Below are positions 17,627 to 27,189 of a DNA stretch of 44,062 nt, piece after piece (the stretch's first letter is position 1; every line of letters starts with the position of its first letter). A program made the position numbers and the translations under genes. The notes beneath the pieces are model-generated. The model saw nothing but the letters and a program-made list of their open reading frames with translations, was not told the origin of the DNA and searched no databases. Source of the stretch: Thermoplasmata archaeon (GTDB lineage: Archaea > Thermoplasmatota > Thermoplasmata > Lutacidiplasmatales > UBA184); assembly GCA_028864975.1 (NCBI GenBank), contig JAGWLG010000030.1, positions 1-44,062 on the forward strand, read 5' to 3'.

Positions 17627-18766
17627 CTAGGCCTCGGAAGCGGAACTCCCCGGGACAAGAAGATGACGATGCGCCGACCTGGCGGCGACCTGATAGTACG
17701 GGTCCTCGGGGGGGAGACGGAGCACGAGCGCCCGGCCGGGCGACCCGACCTCGAGCCGGGCGCTCCGAGGGCGCCCGAGGACCTTCCAGGGAGTGACGAA
17801 CGCCGCCTCCACCAGGGTACGCGGCTCGACCGGCTCCCCCCGGGCCCGGGCCGAGAGGTAGGCGAACTCCATCTCGCGGAAGAGGTCCGGGGACTGGAAC
17901 ATCACGTTGTCCGTCCCGAGGAGGATCGGGATCCCCCGCCGCTCGAGCTGGGCGATCGGAGGGAAGCGCTCGTACAGGGCGTTGGACCGAGGACAGACCG
18001 CGACCGGGACCTTCGCCTCCCTGACCGCATCCAGGTCATCTCCCGTCGCGTGGCACAGGTGGACCAGGAGGAACGGCTTGAGGTCGAGCACCGGGTCGAT
18101 CGGTTCCCAGACCGATTCGCTCGCGTGCAGCGCGAGCCGCTTGCCTGCGCGCTTCACCTCCTGCCGAGCGAGCTCCGCCGCGCCCAGAGGAAGGTCGCGG
18201 ATCGCGGAGAGCCCCAGGCCGTCCGCTTCCGCGAGGAGCGTCCGAAGCTCCTTCCGGCTGAGCGGGTCGGCCGGGCGGCCAAAGATGATGGGCTCCACCA
18301 GGGTGCCCTTGGAGGCCCGTCGCAGAAGGCGGACGCCCCCAAGCCCTTCCTCCCGAAAGTCGAGCGTCGCGGAGGTCCCCAAGCTGGCCATGGTTTGCAG
18401 CGAACGGTGCATGGCTTCGACCTTCTCTGACGGGGAAGACGCGGCCAGCACCCGATGCTTGAGACCATGGGGTGGCGCAACGACCTGATGGAACGGGATC
18501 TTCGGCGGCTCCTGGGTCCACACACTGTCCCCGAGGTGGGTGTGCCCATCCACGGACCAGGGGAGAGCGATGCCGTGGACCTTCCGCTCGCTCGGAAGGA
18601 GGGGGCCGAGGGTCCCTCGCGACCCCCGCTCTAACACCCTCCCGCTGCGACCGAGACGAACTTCTCCTGGGAGGGCTCCTTCGGAATCGATGATGGCCCC
18701 GACGACCCGTAGCTCGGGCCGCTCTCGGGCTTCCCTGGAGCCTCGGTCCGGGCTGCGATCCCCCAC
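17627..18766 (-). CDS. Amidohydrolase-superfamily metal-dependent hydrolase
   Basis: DGHTHLGD, LHASE, HLCH, VCPRSN, LGTDN. Confidence 0.88.
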   Translation of the reverse strand: MGDRSPDRGSREARERPELRVVGAIIDSEGALPGEVRLGRSGRVLERGSRGTLGPLLPSERKVHGIALPWSVDGHTHLGDSVWTQEPPKIPFHQVVAPPHGLKHRVLAASSPSEKVEAMHRSLQTMASLGTSATLDFREEGLGGVRLLRRASKGTLVEPIIFGRPADPLSRKELRTLLAEADGLGLSAIRDLPLGAAELARQEVKRAGKRLALHASESVWEPIDPVLDLKPFLLVHLCHATGDDLDAVREAKVPVAVCPRSNALYERFPPIAQLERRGIPILLGTDNVMFQSPDLFREMEFAYLSARARGEPVEPRTLVEAAFVTPWKVLGRPRSARLEVGSPGRALVLRLPPEDPYYQVAARSAHRHLLVPGSSASEA

Positions 18767-18955
18767 GATGCCCTCCGCGATCCGCGTGCGGGGGGCGGTG
18801 CCTCCTTATCAAAGGTGGCAGAAACGGGCCTTCGAGGGTACGTCCCCTCCCCAGGGAGCGAAAGAAGGAGTTTCCCCCCAGAGGGACCGTTGCCGGTCCC
18901 CCCGGGGGTGCCCGAGAGTGCTAGCGGAGGGCGGCCTTCGCTCCCGGGCCGGCCT

Positions 18956-19264
18956 TCAGCGTCCGTTACGGAGGTCCCGAGCCGCTCGGAAGATCGGCAG
19001 TGGCATCGACCCTCGCGGAAGTCGGCCCCAGCGCCCACCACGTCCGAAAAGGGCGGAACGAGGAGCACGCTCATCCAGCAGGATCTGGAACGCCGGACGC
19101 TCCACCTTCGTGAGGGGGCCGTCCCGAGGCACGTCCAGGTTCATGCCGACCGGCTTCCAGTACCCTCCACCATCTGCGGGCTCCTCGGCCTCGGCTTGGG
19201 TGCCCACGATGAGCTCCAGGGGGAGGAGGGGAACGGAGCTGCGGTTGCCGAAGCGTCCTGGCAT
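18956..19264 (-). CDS. Small hypothetical protein (102 aa)
   Basis: Strong GGAGGAGG RBS before ATG 19264 and GC3-biased codons; no recognisable motif. Confidence 0.5.
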   Translation of the reverse strand: MPGRFGNRSSVPLLPLELIVGTQAEAEEPADGGGYWKPVGMNLDVPRDGPLTKVERPAFQILLDERAPRSALFGRGGRWGRLPRGSMPLPIFRAARDLRNGR

Positions 19265-19335
19265 GGTCCCTCCTCCCCCCTTCTCGTACGCAGTTCTCTG
19301 TCCGCTCGTGGTCTCCTGACGACCCGACCCTCTCC

Positions 19336-20106
19336 TTACGGGGTCTTCCCGGGGACGAGGTGCCCCGGGATCGTCGAGCCCAGGAAGAAGTAGGCCGCAA
19401 TCGAGGCGAGCGCCATGAAGACCGGGAAGACGAGCAGGACGAGGCTCACCACTCGTGGCAGGTGGTACCGGATCTCGTCGCTCGACCCCGCCTTCGCCTT
19501 CAGTTGGGGCGAAAGGCCTTGGACGCCGCGAACGGCGACCCCCAACCGGCGGGAGATGACGTTCGGCGCTTCGCTCGTCCAGTACATCGGGGAGGTCTCC
19601 ACGGAGCCCATGAAGTGGTCCACCAGGACCGTCGCTGGGAACGCCATGATGCCCGCGGCGCCGAACCCCGCGTACAGCAGGAGCATGTTGAGGGGCTCCT
19701 TGGTGTAGTTGAGCCCGTACCCTGTCCAGCCGTAGAAGAGCGTGATCGCCCCCGCGACGAGCGCGAACAGCCCCACGTACTGCAGCTTCAGGTTCAGGTA
19801 CGCCGAGATGGCGAAGGCGACCAGCACCAGGCCGAAGAGGAGGATCACATCCGTGAACAGGATGTTGTAGCCGCCCAGGTAAGCGTAGGGGGCGTAAGGC
19901 CACACCATCTCCGCCCAGACCCCTAGGAGGCTCGCGGTGATCCCGACCCCGCCCAGGGGGATGGCCGAGCCCTTGAGCACCTCATGGAGGCCCTTCGTGT
20001 CTCCCTTGAGCATCCGGAACCAACCGACGACAGCTACGTACGTCAGGAGGACCCCGGCAAGTAGGAGCAGACCCTCGATAAGGCCCAGGTCATCGATGAA
20101 CGTCAT
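19336..20106 (-). CDS. DUF981-family membrane protein
   Basis: MTFIDDL start, GGYNILFTD, YVGLFAL, YG...TKEP...LY pattern, multiple TM helices; GGAGG RBS before ATG 20106. Confidence 0.8.
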   Translation of the reverse strand: MTFIDDLGLIEGLLLLAGVLLTYVAVVGWFRMLKGDTKGLHEVLKGSAIPLGGVGITASLLGVWAEMVWPYAPYAYLGGYNILFTDVILLFGLVLVAFAISAYLNLKLQYVGLFALVAGAITLFYGWTGYGLNYTKEPLNMLLLYAGFGAAGIMAFPATVLVDHFMGSVETSPMYWTSEAPNVISRRLGVAVRGVQGLSPQLKAKAGSSDEIRYHLPRVVSLVLLVFPVFMALASIAAYFFLGSTIPGHLVPGKTP

Positions 20107-20405
20107 GGTCCTTCCTCCGGAGCCTAAGCCCCGCCTCCCTCGCTCGTTTTCGGCAACGTCTCGGCTCTGAGCTCTTCGTTCGGCGTCATGGTCGCCCTCG
20201 TTCACAAGATTCGCGCAGGCTCCGATACCCGTCGCGGCTGTTCGGTAAGGAGAGTAGGGAGAGGGGCTGCTAGGTCCTGACAGGGCACGACTCCATCCCT
20301 CCGCTCTCGGTCCTCCCGTGCCACGGGGGCCAATTGGGGGGGTGGTGAGAGCATCGCCGCCGATGGGGCTGGTCAGAGGCCCTTCGGAATGCCGTGGGTC
20401 AAATT

Positions 20406-20430
20406 CTCCTTACTTCCGACTGATAAGGAG
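20406..20430. promoter_or_regulatory. 7-11-7 inverted repeat (ctcctta-N11-taaggag) upstream of phoU; candidate operator
   Basis: Perfect 7-bp arms 26 bp before the phoU ATG, in a divergent intergenic region. Function is inferred. Confidence 0.35.
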
Positions 20431-20456
20431 CCCCCACGCTGTTCGGGCGAGCATCT

Positions 20457-21665
20457 ATGGAGGCAAGGACGACCCCGGAGGTCGGGGAGGGAGAGCACGA
20501 GCTTTTGCGCCGAGTCCAGCGCACGGGGAGCGCTTCGCTCACCGTAACGCTGCCCAAGTGGTGGACCGAAGCCATGGGGGTACGGTCCGGGGACGCCCTA
20601 CGCTTCCGCGACCTCGGGGGGGGACGGCTCGAGGTCAGCCACGCCAACAGCGCCGAGCCGAAGGAGAACCCGCTCCCGCGGACCCTGAGCGTCGACGCTC
20701 GCGGCGCGGACCCTCACTTCCTCTCGAGGATCATCGTGGGGGCCTACATCACGGGCCACGACCAGGTGGTCCTCGTGGGCCGGGTCTCCGCGGCTCAGAG
20801 AGCAGAGGTCGCCCGGACCGTCTCCCGCCTCCTCGGCACGACGATTGTTGAGGACGAGCCGGACCGCATGGAGGTCCGCAATTTCGTCGACCCCACGCAC
20901 TACGGGCTCCCTCGACTCCTCGGAAGGATGGTCGCGCTCCTCAAGATGCAGAACGAGGTGCTCCGCTCCGCCCTCCACGACCACGGACGGCTGGACCTCG
21001 AGCGCTCCGGTGCGCTCGAGGACGAGGTCGACCGGATCTACCGGTTGATGGTACGTCAGCTCTTGCTCTCGAGCGACAACTTCCGCATCGCGAAGGAGGT
21101 CGGGGTCCCGAGCCACCACTTCCAGATGGGCTACCGCGTGGTGGGGAAGGCGCTCGAGGAGATCGGCGACCTCCTCTCGGACATCGGTCGCGAGCTCGGC
21201 TCGCGCATGGAAGGGGAGTGGGACGTGCCGAGGGATGTCGCGAACGACCTCGCGGCCTGGCTCTCCCGGATCGAGGGGCACCTCTCCCGGACCATCGCGG
21301 CCTTCGCCCACCCTTCGACCGTGGAGGCGAACAGCGCGCTCAACGACGTGCAGGACGACCTCCCGGGGCTCAAGGAGCTGGAGAACGAGATCCCACGCAG
21401 GGTCCGCGACAAGCTCTCGGCGCTCATGGCGCAACGCCTCGTCGGTAGAATGACGCAGACCCTCCGGATGCTCGTCGTGATCGGGGAGATCTCGATCAAC
21501 CGGTCGGTCGAGCCGGAGGAGATCGCGGGCCACCAGGACCGCATTCTGCAGGCGACCACCACACGCGCTCGCGACACTCGGATGCCTGAGGAGCCTGCCC
21601 TTCCCACCGCCCCCGAAGGACCGAAGGGCCGTTCGAGCCCGTCGCTGGAGCGGCCAGAACCTTAG
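20457..21665 (+). CDS. phoU: Archaeal phosphate-uptake regulator (AbrB/MazE-type N-terminal domain + PhoU repeats)
   Basis: RRVQRTGSASLTVTLPKWW AbrB motif; LEDEVDRIYRLMVRQL and KALEEIGD PhoU motifs. Confidence 0.9.
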   Translation: MEARTTPEVGEGEHELLRRVQRTGSASLTVTLPKWWTEAMGVRSGDALRFRDLGGGRLEVSHANSAEPKENPLPRTLSVDARGADPHFLSRIIVGAYITGHDQVVLVGRVSAAQRAEVARTVSRLLGTTIVEDEPDRMEVRNFVDPTHYGLPRLLGRMVALLKMQNEVLRSALHDHGRLDLERSGALEDEVDRIYRLMVRQLLLSSDNFRIAKEVGVPSHHFQMGYRVVGKALEEIGDLLSDIGRELGSRMEGEWDVPRDVANDLAAWLSRIEGHLSRTIAAFAHPSTVEANSALNDVQDDLPGLKELENEIPRRVRDKLSALMAQRLVGRMTQTLRMLVVIGEISINRSVEPEEIAGHQDRILQATTTRARDTRMPEEPALPTAPEGPKGRSSPSLERPEP

Positions 21666-21682
21666 GGACCCGCGATAGGTCG

Positions 21683-22870
21683 CTACGGCGCTTCTAGGAG
21701 CATCGAGAGGCCATTTCCGCCCCCCATGCAGAGCGAAGCAAGCCCTCGTCCGACCTTGCCGTGCTGCATCTCGTAGGCGAGGGTCACGAGCAGGCGAGCT
21801 CCCGTGCAACCGATCGGGTGACCCATCGCGACCGCCCCGCCGTTCACGTTGAAACGGTCGTCGTTCACTCCAAGCTCTTTCTGGAAGGCCACGGCCGAGA
21901 CGGCGAACGCTTCGTTGACCTCCACGCGGTCCACTTCCCCGATCGACAGCCGGGCCTTGGCGAGGTGCTCCTTGACGGTGGGGATCGGGGACTCGGTGAT
22001 CCGGGCGGGTTCCACCCCTCCCACGTGGTAGGAGTGGACCCACGCCAGCGGGGCGAGTCCGAGCTTCTTCACGCGGGCTTCGCTCGCGAGGACGAGCGCC
22101 GCCGCACCGTCCGAGAGCTGCGACGCGTTGCCCGCCGTGACCGTGCCATCCTCGGAGAAGACGGGCTTCAGTTTCGCAAGACGCTCCATCGTGGTGTCCC
22201 CGCGGATGCCTTCGTCCTTGTCGAGCGGCCCGGGCGCGTGGGACGCTTCGGGGGGCACGGGCACGATCTCGTCTCTGAACTTTCCGTCCGCGGTCGCCTT
22301 GGCGGATCTCTGATGGCTCCGCAGGGCGAAGGCGTCCTGCTCCTCCCGGGAGACCGAGTTCCGCTTCGCCGTACCATCCGCCGTCTTCCCCATGTGGCCG
22401 TGCCCATAGGCGTCCTCGAGAGAGTCTCGGAGGACGCTGTCGACGAGCGTCGTGTCCCCGTAGCGCAGACCCGTTCGGAAGCGGGGGGAGAGGTACGGCG
22501 CCTGGCTCATGCTCTCCATCCCGCCGACGAGGGCGATGTCAACATCTCCCGCGCGGATCTCCGAGGCCGCGAGCATCGCCGCGCGCATGCCCGAGCCGCA
22601 GACCTTGTTGATCGTGACCGCCCCACGGTCGTGAGGGAGGCCGACCGCCTCTTCGACCTGTCGAGCAGGATTCTGCCCCAGCCCTGCCTGGATGCAGAGG
22701 CCCATGATCACCTCGTCGACCTTCTTCGGAGGGACCTGGGAGCGTCTCAGCGCCTCCGCGGCCGCGATCGCCCCGAGCTTGACCGCGGGGACCTTTGATA
22801 GAGCTCCGCCGAACTTCCCGATAGGGGTTCGCGCGGCCCCGACGATCGCGATACGCGCGGCTGCGGGCAT
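21683..22870 (-). CDS. Acetyl-CoA C-acyltransferase (thiolase)
   Basis: RTPIGKFGG, NKVCGSG, NEAF, GHPIGCTG, CMGGG; ATG at 22870. Confidence 0.95.
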   Translation of the reverse strand: MPAAARIAIVGAARTPIGKFGGALSKVPAVKLGAIAAAEALRRSQVPPKKVDEVIMGLCIQAGLGQNPARQVEEAVGLPHDRGAVTINKVCGSGMRAAMLAASEIRAGDVDIALVGGMESMSQAPYLSPRFRTGLRYGDTTLVDSVLRDSLEDAYGHGHMGKTADGTAKRNSVSREEQDAFALRSHQRSAKATADGKFRDEIVPVPPEASHAPGPLDKDEGIRGDTTMERLAKLKPVFSEDGTVTAGNASQLSDGAAALVLASEARVKKLGLAPLAWVHSYHVGGVEPARITESPIPTVKEHLAKARLSIGEVDRVEVNEAFAVSAVAFQKELGVNDDRFNVNGGAVAMGHPIGCTGARLLVTLAYEMQHGKVGRGLASLCMGGGNGLSMLLEAP

Positions 22871-22982
22871 GGAGTGGCGGAACGTTCCCGCAGATTTAGG
22901 TGTTGGGAAGGGCAGCGCCCCCCTTCCGCTCGGGTCTTTGCGGGTCGAAGCCTCCAAGAGCTCTTGCCGTGCTCGGGCCAAC

Positions 22983-23915
22983 GTGCCCCGCGGGCTCCCC
23001 TCTGACCTGGACCTCCTCAGCGTCGGACACCTCAATGTGGATGCCGAGATCCGGGTCCCTCGTCTCCCCGACCGGGACTGGACGGTCCCGGCCCTCGCCC
23101 GGCGAATGAGCCTGGGCGGCACCGCGGCCAACATCGCGCGGTGGTCGGCTCATCTCGGGGTCCGGACCGCCCTCTCGTCGTTCGTCGGGGAGGACCTGCC
23201 GAGCGCTTTCCTCTCGACCCTCCGCAGGGACGGTGTTCGTGTCGACGACGTCGTGGTGCGCCACCGCGAGTTCACCCCCACCTGCTGGATCTTCGAGGAT
23301 GGGAAGGGGGGCCAGCTCACCATCATCGATCAAGGCGCGATGGATTCGACCCGGAACGAAGCTCTGCCCCGTCGGACGATCGCTCGATCCCGGCTGGTCC
23401 ACATCACCACGGGCGACCCAGTTTTCCAGCTCCGCGTCGCGCGCGCCGCCCGAGAGGCTGGAAAGATCGTCGTCTGCGACCCGGCCCAGGAGATCCACTA
23501 CCGGTGGTCGCCCCGGGGGATGGCGGAGCTGCTCTCGCTCTCCGAGATGTTCTTCGGGAACGAGCGAGAGTTCCTCCAGGCCCGCTCGCTCGTCAAGGCA
23601 CGGACACCGCGAGACTTCCTTGCGCGCGTTCCTGTCGCGGTGGTCACCCGCGGGCCCAAGGGGGTACGGGCGTACACCCGCCGAGGTACCTTGGAGGCAC
23701 CTCCTGCCCGACTTCGGCGCTTCCACAGGGTCACCGGGGCGGGGGACGCGTTCCGGGGAGGGTTCTACCGTGCCTGGTTCGAAGGCGAGCCGCTGGAGCG
23801 CTGCCTTTCCTGGGGCTCGGCCGCCGCGGGGGCCCTCGTGGAACACCCCCCCGGGCCTGACGGACGCTTGCCCTCACGGCTTGCGGTCCGTGCGAAGGTT
23901 CCGAGAGCGGCCTAG
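22983..23915 (+). CDS. PfkB/ribokinase-family kinase (archaeal nucleoside-kinase-like)
   Basis: GGTAANIA, DPAQ, VTRGPKG, TGAGDAFRGGF; GTG start at 22983 estimated. Confidence 0.88.
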   Translation: MPRGLPSDLDLLSVGHLNVDAEIRVPRLPDRDWTVPALARRMSLGGTAANIARWSAHLGVRTALSSFVGEDLPSAFLSTLRRDGVRVDDVVVRHREFTPTCWIFEDGKGGQLTIIDQGAMDSTRNEALPRRTIARSRLVHITTGDPVFQLRVARAAREAGKIVVCDPAQEIHYRWSPRGMAELLSLSEMFFGNEREFLQARSLVKARTPRDFLARVPVAVVTRGPKGVRAYTRRGTLEAPPARLRRFHRVTGAGDAFRGGFYRAWFEGEPLERCLSWGSAAAGALVEHPPGPDGRLPSRLAVRAKVPRAA

Positions 23916-23972
23916 GGAACGCTACACATTCGGGCAACCCGTGAAGGATCGCAGAGCGGAGGAGAGATCACG

Positions 23973-25205
23973 ATGAAGATGACCCCCCTCGACTCGCTCA
24001 TTTCCATGGAGGAGGCCAAGCGTCGTCTGCTCGCAGCTGCGGTCCCTATCCACCGGGTCGAGCGCATTCCCCTCGGGCAGGCGATAGGACGTGTCGCGGC
24101 CCGAGAGGTCCGGGCGCCGCGACCGATCCCGTCCTTTCTTCGCGCCACCTGGGACGGTTACGCCTTCCTTGCCCGCGACTCCCAAGGGGCTTCACGGCGC
24201 TCCCCCGTAGCGTTGAGGGTCGTGGGGGAGCTGCACGCGGAGGAGCGTCTCCCCCGCACGCTCCGTCGCGGAGAGTGTGTCGCCATCGCCACCGGAGCGG
24301 CGCTGCCTCGGGGGGCGAACACGGTCGAGCTGTTCGAGAACGTGCAGGTCGAAGGCGAGCACGTGCGGCTCACGTCCCCGGTCCCGCCCGAGAACGGTCT
24401 CGCCCTTCCCGGCGAGGACGTGCGGAAGGGGCAGCGGCTGGTCCGATCCGGGGAGGTCCTCACCCCGGCCCGGATCGGGGCGGTCGGCGCGACAGGGAGG
24501 GACTCAATCGAGGTCTACGCGAAGCCGAACGTGGTCCTCCTTCCGAACGGGAACGAGCTGGTGCCCCCTGGCGGTCAGCTGGCCCCAGGTCGCATCCACG
24601 AGTTCAACAACTTCACTCTCGGCGCCCTGGTCGCGGCCTCCGGGGGGATCCCTCTTCCCCTTCCTCCTGCGCCGGACGACCCGGCGGTGCTCGAGGGCGC
24701 CCTCGAGGGAGCCCTGAGGTACGCGGACCTCGTGATCGCGACGGGGGGAAGTTCCGTAGGCGAGCGAGACTTCTTGGCGACGGTCTTCCCTCGCCTCGGC
24801 CGCCTCCTCTTCCACGGCATCCGCGTCCGACCGGGGAAGCCTACGCTGGCCGCTAAGGTCGGGGAGAAACTCCTCCTGGGGATGCCGGGGCACCCGACGA
24901 GCTGCCTCTCGAACGGGCTCTGGCTCCTTCTGCCGCTCCTGAGGAAGCTAGCCCGGCTCCCGGGTCCTGGAGTATCTCCTGAAGAGGCGCGGCTCGCGAC
25001 CCGATACGAGTCCCCGACGGCGGGTTTCTCGGCGGTTCTGCCGGTGCGGCTGAAGGAGGGTTGGGCCTACCCCACCTATCGGGGGTCGGCCGCGATCACG
25101 AGCCTCATCGAGGCCGATGGCTACGTGCTCGTCCCCCCCTCGACGCGTCCTCTCCTGAGGGGCGCCCAGGTCACGGTCCAGCGTCTTCCCTATCCCTTGG
25201 CCTGA
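23973..25205 (+). CDS. moeA: Molybdopterin molybdotransferase MoeA
   Basis: WDGYA, IATGAALPRGA, GNEL, TGGSSVGERD, RPGKP, MPGHP. Confidence 0.93.
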   Translation: MKMTPLDSLISMEEAKRRLLAAAVPIHRVERIPLGQAIGRVAAREVRAPRPIPSFLRATWDGYAFLARDSQGASRRSPVALRVVGELHAEERLPRTLRRGECVAIATGAALPRGANTVELFENVQVEGEHVRLTSPVPPENGLALPGEDVRKGQRLVRSGEVLTPARIGAVGATGRDSIEVYAKPNVVLLPNGNELVPPGGQLAPGRIHEFNNFTLGALVAASGGIPLPLPPAPDDPAVLEGALEGALRYADLVIATGGSSVGERDFLATVFPRLGRLLFHGIRVRPGKPTLAAKVGEKLLLGMPGHPTSCLSNGLWLLLPLLRKLARLPGPGVSPEEARLATRYESPTAGFSAVLPVRLKEGWAYPTYRGSAAITSLIEADGYVLVPPSTRPLLRGAQVTVQRLPYPLA

Positions 25206-25391
25206 ACTTCCCATCGGGCGCTCTGAGTGAGCTTCGCACTCGCCCCCGGGAGTTCGAGCGGCGACCACATCTGACCTGACGACGCCGCTGCATCGGCCGA
25301 GGGCGGGCCGCCGGAGGCCATCTGGCGCAAGGTCAATCCAAGTTAACCTCGGCGCCTTCTGTCGTCGGGGCGCTAGCGCCCTGGGTGAGCT

Positions 25392-25769
25392 GTGCAGGCC
25401 AACGCGGCGCGAGCCGCCTATTCGGTGGGGGATCGGACCATTGTGCTGGGGCTCTTGGCGGTCTTCCTTGTCGTCATCGCGGCGGGCGTGTTGATGATGT
25501 CCTTCGCAGGAGGGTTCGGCGGGCCGATGATGGGTTACTACTGGGGGGGCAACTGGGGCTCCATGGCCTTGGTCGGGGTCCTCGTGATGGTGGTCTTCCT
25601 GGGGCTGTTCTTGTTCCTGCTCTACGTGCTCTTCCGAGGGGCGTCCGCCCCTGCCGTTTCGATGGGAGGTGCGGATCCCGTGGAAGTGGCAAGGCTTCGG
25701 TACGCTCGCGGAGAGCTCACAAAGGCGCAGTACGATCAACTGCTCTTGGACCTTGGAAGAACGAATTGA
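25392..25769 (+). CDS. Membrane protein with C-terminal SHOCT domain
   Basis: Two TM helices with a Gly/Met-rich linker, then DPVEVARLRYARGELTKAQY. Confidence 0.82.
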   Translation: MQANAARAAYSVGDRTIVLGLLAVFLVVIAAGVLMMSFAGGFGGPMMGYYWGGNWGSMALVGVLVMVVFLGLFLFLLYVLFRGASAPAVSMGGADPVEVARLRYARGELTKAQYDQLLLDLGRTN

Positions 25770-25859
25770 ATCTCTCCTCGTGGGCGCGCTTCCCACCCGA
25801 CATGCTGCTGTAGTCGGGGGACCCCGCGCTAGGGCTTGGGCGCGCCGAGAGAGGGCGTC

Positions 25860-26450
25860 CTAACCGTACCCGGGCAAAGTCTGGGGGTACCGCCCGTCCT
25901 TGGGTGGCACGGGGTCGCTCCTCGTCTGCGCCCTCGGCTCTCCGGTTCCCGGGATGCCCTGCCCGCGCGCGTGTCGAGCCCTGCACACCCCGCACATGCG
26001 TTGCTCGCAGCAGTCGCACTCTTGCGGGGCCGAGGAGGGAAGATGGCATACCGGGCACATCGACTTCGCGCTCCAGGCCTCCCCGATAGCGCTCTGAAGA
26101 CAGCGGACAAGGCCCACGTAGGCCTCGAGGACCGCGGGGTGCTCCCGTGGGACCTTCGCCGAGAACTCGAAGATCGGGAGGAAAGCCCCGTCCTGCACGA
26201 CGACCCCCACCTTCCACTCGACGCCGTCGGTCTTCCCCATCAGGATGGCCAGGGGCTCTCCGAGCCCGGAGCGCCCGGCCCGCGGGGTGGTCGTGGAGCC
26301 CTCGGCGCGACGCCGGGGCGTGGCGGACTGCACCTCGTGGACGATGTGGACCGGAACCTCGGTCCCCTTCTCCTCTGGCCCCGGGGCCTCTCCCGAGGGC
26401 TCTTGGTCAGGCGGAGGATCTGCCGTTGTGGACCTCTGAGCCAGCCCCAC
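25860..26450 (-). CDS. Hypothetical protein with C-terminal B-box-like zinc finger
   Basis: C-x2-C-x9-C-x2-C-x4-C-x2-C-x3-H at 25971-26057. Confidence 0.6.
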   Translation of the reverse strand: MGLAQRSTTADPPPDQEPSGEAPGPEEKGTEVPVHIVHEVQSATPRRRAEGSTTTPRAGRSGLGEPLAILMGKTDGVEWKVGVVVQDGAFLPIFEFSAKVPREHPAVLEAYVGLVRCLQSAIGEAWSAKSMCPVCHLPSSAPQECDCCEQRMCGVCRARHARGQGIPGTGEPRAQTRSDPVPPKDGRYPQTLPGYG

Positions 26451-26580
26451 GGGCGGGTCTGCCCCGAGCTATCCCGCGACGCGCTATAACCTAGCGGGGT
26501 GAAGACGAACGCTGGTGGCGCTCCCGCCGGGACATTTCCCGGCGGAACACCGTCCCAGAGAAGCGAAGCGGAGCGTAGGC

Positions 26581-27057
26581 TCAACTGCGCGGGCTGGGGC
26601 CCCTTCGCTCGGTCGTGCCCGTGGGGGCCGCGGGCGATGCGACCGCAGGACGGCCAGCGCTTTCGCTCGAAGACCCTGGGAGGAACGTCCGCATCCAGAC
26701 GTCCATCATCGCGCGCTGCGGTGCCAGGGTCGCCTGGAAGGCTTCCCGCATCCGGTCACCGAGCTCGGTCGTTCTGCGGCTCCAGTCCTCTCTCCGCGAC
26801 TCCGCATCCGCTTCCTCCTCCGCGTTGCGAGGGGTCGATGCGGTCCGGTTGAACGTCTCGATCCAGGACGCGTAGCTCTTCTGCTGCTGTTCCGAGAAGC
26901 GGGTCAGGAACTCCGTCGCGGTCTTCCCGGTCTCGGCGACGAACCGGGTCCAGACCTCCATGCCGTTGCTCAGCGAGGCTGGAGCGTTGGTGGTCGTGGT
27001 TCGAGGGTTTGCGGTCGGCGCGGGTTCGGAGCTCGTGGTGCGGGTCTTTCGGGGCAT
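26581..27057 (-). CDS. Hypothetical amphipathic helical protein (phasin/PhaE-like composition)
   Basis: ATG with GGAGG upstream; helical segments with periodic W/F/M. The family guess is inference. Confidence 0.6.
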   Translation of the reverse strand: MPRKTRTTSSEPAPTANPRTTTTNAPASLSNGMEVWTRFVAETGKTATEFLTRFSEQQQKSYASWIETFNRTASTPRNAEEEADAESRREDWSRRTTELGDRMREAFQATLAPQRAMMDVWMRTFLPGSSSESAGRPAVASPAAPTGTTERRGPSPRS

Positions 27058-27189
27058 GATCGGCCTCCGTTCGGCGCGAGCGCTCAGGAAGGCTTCAACC
27101 GTTTCGTGAACCCGGGGTTACGAGCGCCCTCGTTCTCGCTCCGCTCGTTCCGCGCACAAGCCTAATGGTCCACGCACCCTGAGAGGGCC

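Noticed and set aside
18860-18905. Minus-strand 7-bp hairpin with a GCAA tetraloop followed by ggggaaactcc, resembling RNase P P3/P4
   Set aside because: No 3' ACAGAA...GCUUA element downstream and too little non-coding space; only a simple hairpin is supported.
25368-25381. Perfect 14-bp palindrome gggcgctagcgccc upstream of the SHOCT gene
   Set aside because: GC-rich palindromes of this size are expected by chance a few times in 44 kb; no other support.
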